A stretch of 64,000 nucleotides of DNA from an uncultured Verrucomicrobia subdivision 3 bacterium (GCA_903870815.1 CAIQEI010000066.1:5584-69583); one strand, 5' to 3'; shown: positions 37,600 through 47,075, numbered from the stretch's first letter. Notes: a model not told the origin generated them from the sequence alone. Made by a program: numbers and translations.

Positions 37600-38682
37600 T
37601 TACGGCACTAATTTTTCCTCGCCGATTTTCAGCGTGAACGGTCCCGCCATTCCGGCCACTTCGAGCACCGCGCCGTCGACCTGAATTTCCCGGCACCGGA
37701 CCTGCACCGTGCGATTTTGCAGCTTTACGGTTTTCGTCTCGCCCGCCGCAAAGGAAACGCCGCTGATGACGGCTTGGCGGCTCGGCCCGGCCAGCAGCAG
37801 GCCGGCCAATTTCAGGCCGGCCGGCAATGGCACCGGGATATTCGTGGCAGTCATGACCGGTTTTCGGAGCGGCGCGGCCAGGGCGTACGATTCGGTTTCG
37901 AGCGCCGCCGTCGTGCCGTTTTTCACCCAGTTCAGGATGTAGGCCAGGCCATTTTCCTTTTCCAGCGCCACCAGCTGGTTGATTTCGCCGTGCGTATAAG
38001 GGTTGCTGAGAATTTTTTGCATCGCCTCGGGCTGCGACCGCGATTGCATCAGCTTGTAGGCGGACAATTCGCAGATCGCCTCAATCGTGTCGGCGCCGAT
38101 GGCGTGCTCGGCGGGACAGTTTTCATTGATCCACAGGTGCGTGTATTCGTGGGCCGCCGTGGCAGCCAGTTCGGTGCGCAGACGCCCGCTCAACAGCACG
38201 ACCTCGTGCGTGCACTCGCCGTGGCGGGTCTTGCGGGTGTAAGCAAAGCCAAACTTGTGCAGGCCGTCCTCGCGGCCTTTCTCCGACCAGTAATCCACGT
38301 CGAACAAGTTCACCGTCACGTCGGGAAAATTCAGGGTGAAGCCGCCCCCGAACAGACCGACCAGCTCCCGGCGCGCCGCCGCAAAGACTTCCCGCGCTCC
38401 GTCCACCTCCAGCACGGCGGCGGGCCGGTCGAACTTGCAGATGAAACGTCCGTCGCCCGTTTTGACGAAGTCTTTGCCGATGGGCAGGCCGCAAATCGAG
38501 CAGTGGTTTTCCAACTTGTAGCAATCGTCACAGATCGGTCCCCACTTGGACATCCAGATGCGGCCGGTCAACGGCCCCTTGCCGCAGATGACGCAGAAAT
38601 AATTTGTCGGCCCGGCGGATAAATCAAGAGCCGCCGCGAACAAAAATAAAATGAGCGCGAGTGGGCGCATGAAATCCTTCAA
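37600..38682 (-). CDS. Secreted protein: LIM-like double zinc finger plus HExxH (DA1-like) peptidase domain plus C-terminal beta domain
   Basis: Signal peptide MRPLALILFLFAAALDLSA. CVIC-x17-CDDC-x6-CSIC-x17-CKFD. AATAAHEYTHLW (HExxH). Confidence 0.6.
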   Translation of the reverse strand: MKDFMRPLALILFLFAAALDLSAGPTNYFCVICGKGPLTGRIWMSKWGPICDDCYKLENHCSICGLPIGKDFVKTGDGRFICKFDRPAAVLEVDGAREVFAAARRELVGLFGGGFTLNFPDVTVNLFDVDYWSEKGREDGLHKFGFAYTRKTRHGECTHEVVLLSGRLRTELAATAAHEYTHLWINENCPAEHAIGADTIEAICELSAYKLMQSRSQPEAMQKILSNPYTHGEINQLVALEKENGLAYILNWVKNGTTAALETESYALAAPLRKPVMTATNIPVPLPAGLKLAGLLLAGPSRQAVISGVSFAAGETKTVKLQNRTVQVRCREIQVDGAVLEVAGMAGPFTLKIGEEKLVP

Positions 38683-38702
38683 TTAATCGTGGCTGTTTCC
38701 AT

Positions 38703-39560
38703 CTAGACCAGCGTAAGCAAACTGACTTCCGGGCGACAGTTGAAACGCACCCCATGAAGGTTGCCCAATCCTCGCGTAACGTGGATCCACCGATTGTTCC
38801 ACCGATACAAACCACCAAGAAGTTTTTTGTCGCGCACCGGCGCAAAAGGCGCGCCGATCAGCGGCAGGCAAACCTGGCCGCCGTGGGTGTGACCGCACAG
38901 CATCAAATCCCACGCGTATGATTTCAACCCCATCTTGGTGTCAGGATTGTGCGACAGGACGATCGTCGTGGCACCAGGATTGGACGGCGCTCGGGCAAAG
39001 GCTGCTTCGGGCTGCATTTCTTCCGCCCAGGAATCCCCCAGCCCGACGAGCATTAGATTCCAGTCACGGATTTGAACCGGCTGCGATGCGTTGTGCAGCA
39101 GTGTCACTTTCGCTTTTGTCAGCACGCTGCGGATGAATTCCGTGTCCTCATAACCGCCGCCCCTGACCGCCCATAGTCCGCCGTCATGATTTCCCAGGCA
39201 GGCGTAGGTGGGTGCAGCTTTCGCCAACGGGGCCAAGGCTTCGACATATTCTTCAAGCTGGTCAAATTTGTGCGTGATGAAATCGCCCGTCAGCAAAATC
39301 AAATCGGGCTGCTGGTTTAATCCCAGCCGGATTGACTCCTTGATGAAATTTATGCTGACGACCGGCGAAGCGTGGAAGTCGGAAAGTTGCAGCACCTTGA
39401 ACGGTGTTTTGCCGTCGCTCTTGGACAAATGAATTTTATGGCGTCCAACATCCAGCCAATGGGGTTCAACCCAGCGAACGTAAGTCGCGCCGCCGAGTCC
39501 GGCCAGCCCGATGGTCGCCAGAAATTTTCTGCGTGAAAATTTGGTTTTTGGCCGATTCAC
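38703..39560 (-). CDS. Metallophosphoesterase with Tat-type signal
   Basis: SRRKFLATIGLAG, LSDFH, LTGDFI, GNHD, GHTHGG. Confidence 0.88.
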   Translation of the reverse strand: MNRPKTKFSRRKFLATIGLAGLGGATYVRWVEPHWLDVGRHKIHLSKSDGKTPFKVLQLSDFHASPVVSINFIKESIRLGLNQQPDLILLTGDFITHKFDQLEEYVEALAPLAKAAPTYACLGNHDGGLWAVRGGGYEDTEFIRSVLTKAKVTLLHNASQPVQIRDWNLMLVGLGDSWAEEMQPEAAFARAPSNPGATTIVLSHNPDTKMGLKSYAWDLMLCGHTHGGQVCLPLIGAPFAPVRDKKLLGGLYRWNNRWIHVTRGLGNLHGVRFNCRPEVSLLTLV

Positions 39561-39607
39561 AAAGTTCAGACCGCCCGGCTATGGAAATTACCCAAAAATA
39601 ATTCGCT

Positions 39608-40810
39608 TCACATCGTCAGCGCCGTGTCCCAGTCCTTCCAGACCGGTTCGTAGCCGAGGTTGCGGATGCGTTCCGCCACTTCGAACGGCGGGCGGGAGTC
39701 GGCGATGTTGAACTGGCCGGTCGCGTTGGTGACTCGGTTTTCCGACGGTGCCCATTCGCTGGCGCCGGCGGCGAGCTGCTTGATGATGCCGCGCTCGGTG
39801 TGATGAAGGTTCTCCCGACCCGCGCCGGTGTAGCCGCCGGGCTCGGTCCGCGCGCCGGCGCTCATCAGGGTCACGCCGAGCGGGATCAGGCCGTCGCGGA
39901 GCTTCGGATTTTCGCGCGTCGAAAGCACGATGCCGACATCGGGAAACATCAGGCGGAACGCGCACACGAGCTGCACCAGTTCGCGGTCGCTCAAATGCGT
40001 CAGCGGCTCGAACTCGCCGGCGCACGGCCGCAGGCGCGGCAGCGAAATCGTGAGGGCGGCCTTCCAGCAGTGGCGCAGCAGAAAATCCGCGTGCGCCGCC
40101 ACGCTCAACGCCTCCAGGCGCCAGTCCGCCAGGCCGTATAGGGGGCTGATGCCGAGCCGGCGGAATCCCGCGGCATAGGCGCGCTCCGGCGTTTCCAGCC
40201 GCCAGTCGAAATTCCGTTTCGGTCCGGCGGTGTGCATCGCGGCATAGACGTTCCGGTCGTAGGATTCCTGATAGACGATCAGCCCATCCGAACCGGCGGC
40301 GACGAGCGGACGATATTCCTCCGTTTCCATCGGCCCGACCTCGAGCGAGAGGCTCGGCCAGTCGGCGTGCAATGCGGCGATGCAGTCGCGCAGATAATTA
40401 TTTGAGACAAATTTCGGATGTTCGCCGGCGACCAGCAGCAGGTTGCGGAAACCTTGCGCCTTGAGCGCCTGCGCCTCCTGCCGGACCTCGTCGAGCGAAA
40501 GGGTGACGCGGAGGATCGGGTTGTCGCGCGAAAAGCCGCAGTAGGAGCAGTTGTTGATGCACTCGTTGGAAAGGTACAGCGGGGCGAACAGCCGGATGGT
40601 TTTGCCGAACCGCTGCTGCGTCAGTAACTGCGCGCGGCGGCCCAGCGTTTCCAAATTTTCCGCCGCGGCCGGCGAAATCAGCGCGGCGAAATCGGCGAGG
40701 GAAAATTTGCCTTGGCCGGCGACCGCGCGCGCGGCAGCGGCGCTGGTGGCCAGCGATTTTTTGACCAGCGCGTCCAGGGGCAACGAATTGAATTCAGCGA
40801 CAAAACTCAC
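39608..40810 (-). CDS. thiH: 2-iminoacetate synthase ThiH (radical SAM)
   Basis: Collinear with E. coli ThiH as I recall it: PLYLSNECINNCSYCGF, LLLVAGEH, VYQESYD, FDWRLETPERA, SLPRLRPC, ICAFRL-like, PVWKDWD. GTG start. Confidence 0.85.
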   Translation of the reverse strand: MSFVAEFNSLPLDALVKKSLATSAAAARAVAGQGKFSLADFAALISPAAAENLETLGRRAQLLTQQRFGKTIRLFAPLYLSNECINNCSYCGFSRDNPILRVTLSLDEVRQEAQALKAQGFRNLLLVAGEHPKFVSNNYLRDCIAALHADWPSLSLEVGPMETEEYRPLVAAGSDGLIVYQESYDRNVYAAMHTAGPKRNFDWRLETPERAYAAGFRRLGISPLYGLADWRLEALSVAAHADFLLRHCWKAALTISLPRLRPCAGEFEPLTHLSDRELVQLVCAFRLMFPDVGIVLSTRENPKLRDGLIPLGVTLMSAGARTEPGGYTGAGRENLHHTERGIIKQLAAGASEWAPSENRVTNATGQFNIADSRPPFEVAERIRNLGYEPVWKDWDTALTM

Positions 40811-40988
40811 GCCCGCAGTTTAACCTTTTTTCAAGCAAAGTCGAGGCGCTGCTGCGGGCAAGGCGCCAACCCGAATCATCAGCGACCGCAAACTCTGCTT
40901 CAAACAACGATGGCGAACCGGATCAGGCCGGGCCGCGGTTTGCTTGCCTCCGGCGCGGCCGGTCTGATACCGTCGGCCAACTGTGCCT

Positions 40989-42278
40989 ATGAAAACCGCC
41001 TTGTCCGCCCTGGGTCGCCGCACCGCGCCGCCCGCCATTTCGTGGCTGATGAAAACCGCGCTGGCCCGGCCCAAGCTCATTTCGCTCGCCGCCGGTTTCA
41101 CGGACAACCCGACCTTGCCCGTCCGGCTCTCGCGCCGACTGCTCAATGACATTTTGCGTTCACCCCTGTCCGGCCAGCCGGCCTTGCAATACGGCAACAC
41201 CGCCGGGGAAATGAATCTGCGCACGCTCACCGCGAAGCATCTGCAGAAACTCGATGGCGGCCACGACCGCGCGCACTCGCCGGAGCACGTTATCATCACC
41301 GGGGGCTCGCAACAGCTGTTGTACATGACGCTGGAAGCGCTGTGCGACGAAGGCGATCTCATTCTCGTCGAAGACCCGACGTATTTTGTTTTCTTGAGCA
41401 TCCTCCAGAGCCGCGGCATCCGGGCGCGCGGCGTGAAGCTGGAGCGCGACGGAATTGATCTGGCCCACCTGGAAACCGTTTTGGCGCGGCTGAAAAAATC
41501 CGGGGAGCTCCGCCGCCTGAAGGCGCTTTACCTCGTCACCTATTTTCAAAATCCCACCGGCGCAACCACTTCGCTCGCCAAGAAACGCGCGGTCCTGAAG
41601 CTCCTGAAAACCTACGAGCGCGCCGCCGGCCATCCGCTATACCTGCTCGAAGATGCCGCGTACCGCGAACTGTCATTCCCCGCCCGGACGGACCGCGAGG
41701 ACGGACCGGCGGAGCCGCCGCCGACCGCGCTCACCCTGCCCGGCGCGCGCGACCGCGTGATCTACGCCGGCACTTACAGCAAGCCCTACGCCCCCGGCGC
41801 GCGGCTGGGCTTTGGCATTTTGCCGGAGCCGCTGCACACCGCCGTCCTGCGCATCAAAGGCAACCACGATTTCGGCACGGCGAACCTGCTGCAACAACTC
41901 CTGGCCCAGGCGCTGGCGACCGGCCTTTATGACCGCCACGTCGCCCGAGTGCGGATTAATTACGCCCGCAAAGCGCGCGTGATGCACCGGGCGCTCGCGG
42001 AATATTTTCCGCCGGCCGTGGAAATCTGGGCCGCCGGCGGCGGCCTGTATTTCTGGGCGCGCCTGCCGCATGGCATTTCCGCCGGCCTGAAGTCGAAGGT
42101 GTTTCAAACCGCATTGAAGCACGACGTGCTTTATGTGCCGGGTGAGCTTTGCTACGCGGACGACCCCGCGCGCTCCAAGCCGGACCACGAGCTGCGCCTC
42201 AGTTTCGGCAGCGCCAGCGAGGCAAACCTCCGCGAGGGCATTGCGCGCCTGGGCCAGGTGCTGCGGAAGTTGATTTGA
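40989..42278 (+). CDS. PLP-dependent aminotransferase (class I/II, ARO8/LysN-like)
   Basis: ISLAAGFTDNPTLP, YGNTAGEMNLR, LYLVTYFQNPTG, YAGTYSKPYAPGARLG (Lys site). Confidence 0.8.
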   Translation: MKTALSALGRRTAPPAISWLMKTALARPKLISLAAGFTDNPTLPVRLSRRLLNDILRSPLSGQPALQYGNTAGEMNLRTLTAKHLQKLDGGHDRAHSPEHVIITGGSQQLLYMTLEALCDEGDLILVEDPTYFVFLSILQSRGIRARGVKLERDGIDLAHLETVLARLKKSGELRRLKALYLVTYFQNPTGATTSLAKKRAVLKLLKTYERAAGHPLYLLEDAAYRELSFPARTDREDGPAEPPPTALTLPGARDRVIYAGTYSKPYAPGARLGFGILPEPLHTAVLRIKGNHDFGTANLLQQLLAQALATGLYDRHVARVRINYARKARVMHRALAEYFPPAVEIWAAGGGLYFWARLPHGISAGLKSKVFQTALKHDVLYVPGELCYADDPARSKPDHELRLSFGSASEANLREGIARLGQVLRKLI

Positions 42279-42413
42279 CCGGCGAACGCCTTCCGGGCCT
42301 CATTCAGGTGGGGAATTTGACCCGGGTATTTAAAAGCCGGCGTTGACGGTTTGACTATTCATCGCCGTTTTACTAATTTCAGCGTTCCGGAAAATTACGA
42401 ACTCCACTATTTT

Positions 42414-43478
42414 ATGCCACCCAAAACCGCTGAAAAACCCGCCGCCGCCGTTGATTCCAAAGTCGCAGCGACGCGCGATCGTGAACTCGACGCCGCCATT
42501 TCCTCCATCACCAAAGCTTACGGCGAAGGCTCCATTATGCGCCTCGGCGACGCGCGGGCGCACGTGAAAATCGAGGTCATCCCGACCGGCGGACTGGCGA
42601 TCGACCTGGCGCTGGGCGTCGGCGGCATCCCGCGCGGGCGGGTCGTGGAGATTTACGGCCCGGAATCCTCCGGCAAAACCACGCTCATGCTCCATGTCGT
42701 CGCCAACGCCCAAAAAGCCGGCGGGCTGGCGGCGTTCATCGACGCCGAGCACGCGCTGGATCCCGGCTACGCCAAAAAGCTCGGCGTGAACCTGGACGAT
42801 CTGCTCGTCTCGCAGCCGGATTCCGGCGAAGAGGCGCTGACCATCTGCGAAACCCTCGCGCGCTCGAACGCGCTGGACGTCATCGTCATCGATTCCGTCG
42901 CCGCGCTGGTGCCGAAGGCGGAGCTCGACGGCGAAATGGGCATGGCCACCATGGGCATGCAGGCGCGGCTCATGTCGCAGGCGTTGCGCAAGCTCACCGC
43001 CATTCTCGCCAAGTCCAAGACCACGTGCATATTCACCAACCAGCTCCGGGAAAAGGTCGGCGTGATGTTCGGCAGCCCCGAAACCACGCCCGGCGGCAAG
43101 GCCTTGAAATTTTACGCCAGCGTCCGCATGGACATCCGCCGCAAGGACCAGCTCAAGGACGCCGCCGGCAACGTCTACGGCAACCATACGCGGGTCAAGA
43201 TCGTGAAAAACAAGGTCGCGCCGCCGTTCGCGGAGGCCGAATTCGACATCATCTACAACCACGGCATTGACAAGGAAGGCAGCATCCTCGACGTGGGCAT
43301 CGAGTGCGGTGCGGTGGACAAAAAGGGCGCCTGGCTCCAGTTCGAGGGCGGGCTGCTCGGCCAAGGCCGGGACGCCGCGAAAAAGGAGCTGGCCGACAAA
43401 CCCGAGCTGGCCCAGAAAGTCATCGCGGCCATCCATGCCAAACGCGCGGCGGTTCCGGCGGCGGAAGCCAAAAAGTAA
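42414..43478 (+). CDS. recA: Recombinase RecA
   Basis: [50 protein letters not shown]. Start at MPPKTAEK. Confidence 0.97.
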   Translation: MPPKTAEKPAAAVDSKVAATRDRELDAAISSITKAYGEGSIMRLGDARAHVKIEVIPTGGLAIDLALGVGGIPRGRVVEIYGPESSGKTTLMLHVVANAQKAGGLAAFIDAEHALDPGYAKKLGVNLDDLLVSQPDSGEEALTICETLARSNALDVIVIDSVAALVPKAELDGEMGMATMGMQARLMSQALRKLTAILAKSKTTCIFTNQLREKVGVMFGSPETTPGGKALKFYASVRMDIRRKDQLKDAAGNVYGNHTRVKIVKNKVAPPFAEAEFDIIYNHGIDKEGSILDVGIECGAVDKKGAWLQFEGGLLGQGRDAAKKELADKPELAQKVIAAIHAKRAAVPAAEAKK

Positions 43479-43495
43479 CCACCGCGGTTTTTCTT

Positions 43496-43531
43496 GGCGC
43501 CGCCGGCCTGCCCGGCGGCGCCTTTCCTTTT
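43496..43531 (+). terminator. Rho-independent terminator after recA
   Basis: Perfect 11-bp stem ggcgccgccgg (43496-43506) / ccggcggcgcc (43512-43522), then tttcctttt. Confidence 0.8.
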
Positions 43532-43605
43532 GCAGCCTTGCTTTCCCTGCCGCGTCAATCCATGCTATTCTGGAATATCAACCCCGCGTGTCGGGGCATT
43601 TTTAC

Positions 43606-45279
43606 ATGAGCAACGTTTCCGATCTCGACCTCAACTTGGACAATCTCTTTCAGCCCGCCTGGGCGCAGGGAAAAACCGAGTCCAACCGCTTTGAAAAGTT
43701 TACCGGCAATGAAGGCATCAAGCCCGAGCGCCGCTACAGCGACAAGCCCGGCGAACGCCGCGGCCCGCGCCGGGATGGCCCCGGGGGCGGCGGTGAGCGC
43801 CGGGGCGGCCCGCCCCGCGGCGGCTCCAAGTTTGGCGACCGGAAAAGCGGCGGCTTCCGTGGCGACGATCGCCGGGACGATCGCCGCGAACGGCCGGAAC
43901 CGCCCGCGCCGCTGCCGGAGCTGAACGTCGCTTTCATTCCCGAAGAGCGCGGCGTCGAACAGCTTTCGCGCCAGATCAAGATGACCGGCCGCGCGTATCC
44001 GCTGTTCCAGATCGCGCTGCTGATTTTGCAGAAGGCGGAGCGCTATTCCGTACAGCTCACGGCCCGGAAGCTGGCCGATGGTTCCCCCCAGCCGCTGTTT
44101 GTCTGCGCGCTGGACGAGTCGCCTTGGACCAGCGTGGACGAAGCCGTGGCGCATGTCCTCAAGAATCATTTCGCCACGTTTTACCAGGCCGAACGCACGG
44201 CGACGGAGCCGCCGAAGGGCGTCTACACCTTCGTCGCGCAATGCGGTTTGAGCGGCGCGATTCTCGGCCCGCCGAACTATCACGATTACCAGAACCAGTT
44301 GCGCAAGCTGCACGCGGAAAAGTTTGCGCGGATGCCGTTTGATCTGTTCAAGGCGCGCGTGAAGATCGTGAAGGACGAGGTCGTCGTCAAAAAATGGATC
44401 GAGGAGCAGAGCTTCAAGACGGAATACGTCTGCCTCAACGTGCCGGAACCGCTCAAGCTGGCGACGCTGGAAGAGGTGGAAAAACATTTCCGCGCCACGC
44501 ACAAGGATTCGATCATCAAGCCGGTGGAGAAGCTCACAGTGGCCGGGCTGGCGAGCCGCAGCCTGCGCTGCGCCGGTTTGCAGCGGCTCATCCGCCAGGA
44601 ATGGGAGCATCAGAAATTTTTCCCGCTGCCCATCGCCACGAAGCTGAGCCAGCAGTTCGCGCAATTCGGCCTGCAATTCTTCAAGGTCAACAAGACCGTC
44701 ACCCACGTCAGCGTGGCGCGCCCGACGTTCCTGGACCTCGAAACCACGCCGGTCTCGGAAAACATCAAGCGCATCGTTGATTTCATCAACGCGAACGCCA
44801 AATGCACGCGGCGGAAACTGATCGAGGCGCTGGCGCCGACCCCCAAGGTGGTGAAGGCCCCGGTCACGGAAATTCCCGTTACGCCCGCGCCGGCGGCCGA
44901 AGGTGCAGCGGTCGCCCAGCCGGCCAAGCCGGCCGAACCCGCCGCGCCCGAGGCCACGCCGGAACAGACGGCCATCATCGTGGATCTGCACTGGCTCATT
45001 CATCAGGGTGCCGTTTTGGAATTCGCCGATGGCCGGATGGAGACCGCGAAGAAACCCGCGCCCAAACCTCCGAAGCCGGAAAAGAAAATAACCGCCGGGA
45101 AACCGGCCGCCGCGAGCGAAGCCGCCACCAACTTGGAAGCCGTCGCCGGCGAACTGGCCGCGGAAATTCCCGCGCCTGCGGAAGCGCCGGCCGCGGCCGT
45201 CGAACCGGCTGTCGCACCGGTGATTGAAACCCCGGTCCAGCCGGAAGCCCCGCTGGCGGCGGAAGGAAGTGCCGCATGA
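43606..45279 (+). CDS. Hypothetical protein with Arg/Gly/Asp-rich N-terminal region, coupled to the DEAD-box helicase
   Basis: In-frame ATG at 43606 (MSNVSDLDLNLDNLF...). ERRGPRRDGPGGGGERRGGPPRGGSKFGDRKSGGFRGDDRRDDRRER. Ala/Pro/Glu-rich C-terminus. Stop overlaps the helicase ATG (ATGA, 45276-45279). The part of ORF 43267.. that overlaps recA is spurious. Confidence 0.7.
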   Translation: MSNVSDLDLNLDNLFQPAWAQGKTESNRFEKFTGNEGIKPERRYSDKPGERRGPRRDGPGGGGERRGGPPRGGSKFGDRKSGGFRGDDRRDDRRERPEPPAPLPELNVAFIPEERGVEQLSRQIKMTGRAYPLFQIALLILQKAERYSVQLTARKLADGSPQPLFVCALDESPWTSVDEAVAHVLKNHFATFYQAERTATEPPKGVYTFVAQCGLSGAILGPPNYHDYQNQLRKLHAEKFARMPFDLFKARVKIVKDEVVVKKWIEEQSFKTEYVCLNVPEPLKLATLEEVEKHFRATHKDSIIKPVEKLTVAGLASRSLRCAGLQRLIRQEWEHQKFFPLPIATKLSQQFAQFGLQFFKVNKTVTHVSVARPTFLDLETTPVSENIKRIVDFINANAKCTRRKLIEALAPTPKVVKAPVTEIPVTPAPAAEGAAVAQPAKPAEPAAPEATPEQTAIIVDLHWLIHQGAVLEFADGRMETAKKPAPKPPKPEKKITAGKPAAASEAATNLEAVAGELAAEIPAPAEAPAAAVEPAVAPVIETPVQPEAPLAAEGSAA

Positions 45280-46514
45280 AATTCGCCGCTTTGGGATTGA
45301 GTGAAAAAGTGCTCGAAGGCGTCCGCGCCGCGGGCTACACGGAGCCGACCCCGATCCAGTTGCGCGCCATTCCGCTGGTGTTGTCCGGCAAGGACGTCAT
45401 CGGCAGCGCGCAGACCGGCACCGGCAAGACGGCGGCGTTCGCCCTGCCCATTCTATCCCGGCTCGGCCATCACAATCCCGTCGGCCCCCGCGTGCTCATC
45501 CTCGAGCCGACGCGCGAACTCGCCGCGCAGGTGGAAACCGCCTTCCGCGATTACGCGCGGTTCCTGGATCTGAAAATCACCGTCGTCTTTGGCGGCGTCG
45601 GCTACGGCAAACAGAATGATGAACTCCGCGCCGGTGCGGACATCGTCGTCGCCACGCCGGGACGCCTGCTGGATCATCTGGAACAAGGCACGCTGAAGCT
45701 CGACAAGGTGGAATTTCTCGTCCTCGACGAAGCCGACCGGATGCTGGACATGGGTTTCCTGCCTGATGTCCGCCGGCTGGTGGAAAAATGCCCGCGCAAA
45801 CGCCACAGCGCGCTGTTTTCCGCCACCATTCCGCCGCAGATCGAAACGCTCATCCAATGGGCGATGCACGACCCAGAGACCATTGAGATCGGCGCGCGCC
45901 GCACGCCGGCCGAGACGGTCAAACACGTCATCTACCCCGTATCCGACACGCAGAAGACCGACCTGCTGCTCGAGCTGCTGAACCGGGTGAACTACGATTC
46001 CGTGATCATTTTCTGCCGCACCAAGCACGGCGCCGACCGCGCCGCCACTTTGCTCAAACGCGCCAACCACGCCGTGGCCGTGCTCCATTCCAACCGCACC
46101 CAAAAGGAACGCGAACAGGCCCTGGCCGGTTTCCGCGAGGGCAAATACGAGGTGCTCGTTGCCACGGACATCGCCGCGCGCGGGCTGGACATCGCGGACG
46201 TGAGCCACGTCATCAACTACGATGTGCCACAGCATCCCGAGGATTACATCCACCGCATCGGGCGCACCGGCCGCGCAGAGAACACCGGCGACGCCTTCAC
46301 CATCATGGTGGCCGAGGATGCGCCGCACGTCTTCGCCATCGAACGCTTCATCAGCCAGAAAATCCCGCGCGTGAAGTTGGAGAATTTTGATTACCGCTAC
46401 ACCGCGCTGTTTGAAGAGCCCAAGGCCGGCGCTCCCGCCGGTTTCCCCGGCAAAGTCCGCGGCGGCCGCGTCCATGGCGGCTACCACTTCGCTCCTGGCG
46501 GTCGGAGACGGTAA
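45276..46514 (+). CDS. rhlE: DEAD-box ATP-dependent RNA helicase (RhlE-like)
   Basis: Q-motif GYTEPTPIQ, AQTGTGKT, VLDEADRMLDMGF, SAT, HRIGRTGR. Confidence 0.93.
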   Translation: MKFAALGLSEKVLEGVRAAGYTEPTPIQLRAIPLVLSGKDVIGSAQTGTGKTAAFALPILSRLGHHNPVGPRVLILEPTRELAAQVETAFRDYARFLDLKITVVFGGVGYGKQNDELRAGADIVVATPGRLLDHLEQGTLKLDKVEFLVLDEADRMLDMGFLPDVRRLVEKCPRKRHSALFSATIPPQIETLIQWAMHDPETIEIGARRTPAETVKHVIYPVSDTQKTDLLLELLNRVNYDSVIIFCRTKHGADRAATLLKRANHAVAVLHSNRTQKEREQALAGFREGKYEVLVATDIAARGLDIADVSHVINYDVPQHPEDYIHRIGRTGRAENTGDAFTIMVAEDAPHVFAIERFISQKIPRVKLENFDYRYTALFEEPKAGAPAGFPGKVRGGRVHGGYHFAPGGRRR

Positions 46515-46553
46515 TATTCGCAACGGAAGGCTCGGGGTGGTGTTGATAGCGAC

Positions 46554-47075
46554 ATGAAGAGACTCAAAGTCGCGATTGGTGTTGCCTGTCTTTTTTTCGT
46601 TCTGCTTTTCGGTTGGGCGATCTCTCTAAACTTCAAACTACATTCTGATTGGCCTTTGGCTTTATGTTGCGGCTGGCTGACTGGCATAAGTTGCTTCCTC
46701 TTCATATATAGAAATCGGGCGTTTTCAAAAAACGCTAGGGGAACTTTTCTTGTCAATTTGGGATTGTGCGTCGTCTTCCTAATTGTTTCCGGCCTGCCCA
46801 ACTTCATCAAAGCCCGGGCAACCTCTTGTTGTAACGCCTGTGTCAATAATCTCCGCCAGATCGATGCCGCCGCGAATCAGTTCGCTTTGGAGCATGGCTT
46901 AACCAATGGCTCCCCCATCAATTTCCCCAACGACCTTACGCCCTATATGAAGCTCAATAGCCTGGGCCGGATTCCCGGCTGTCCGCAAGGCGGCATCTAC
47001 ACCTTTAAGAAAGTGGGCGACTCGCCCGTCTGCTCCCTCGGCACGACGGTTAATCCAGCCCACTGTTTACAATGA
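46554..47075 (+). CDS. Hypothetical membrane protein with pseudopilin-like C-terminal module
   Basis: Three hydrophobic helices, then CNACVNNLRQIDAAANQFALEHG...CPQGGIYTF...PVCS. AT-richer than its neighbours. Confidence 0.55.
   Translation: MKRLKVAIGVACLFFVLLFGWAISLNFKLHSDWPLALCCGWLTGISCFLFIYRNRAFSKNARGTFLVNLGLCVVFLIVSGLPNFIKARATSCCNACVNNLRQIDAAANQFALEHGLTNGSPINFPNDLTPYMKLNSLGRIPGCPQGGIYTFKKVGDSPVCSLGTTVNPAHCLQ

Noticed and set aside
40811-40982. TPP (THI-box) riboswitch upstream of thiH
   Set aside because: Only a cctgatccgg fragment resembles the P4/P5 region. The conserved CUGAGA and GGGG..C/ACCC pairing elements are absent on the thiH sense strand. An Rfam scan would be needed to be sure.
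42279-42413. LexA/SOS box upstream of recA (gttccggaaaattacgaac)
   Set aside because: The GTTC...GAAC arms are separated by 11 nt, not the short spacer of known LexA palindromes, including the TGTTC-N4-GAACA type. No second supporting site was seen upstream of uvrC.
43267-43605. N-terminal extension of ORF 43267..45279 overlapping the recA 3' end
   Set aside because: It would overlap recA by more than 200 nt and span the strong recA terminator. The in-frame ATG at 43606, after the terminator, gives a sensible N-terminus.
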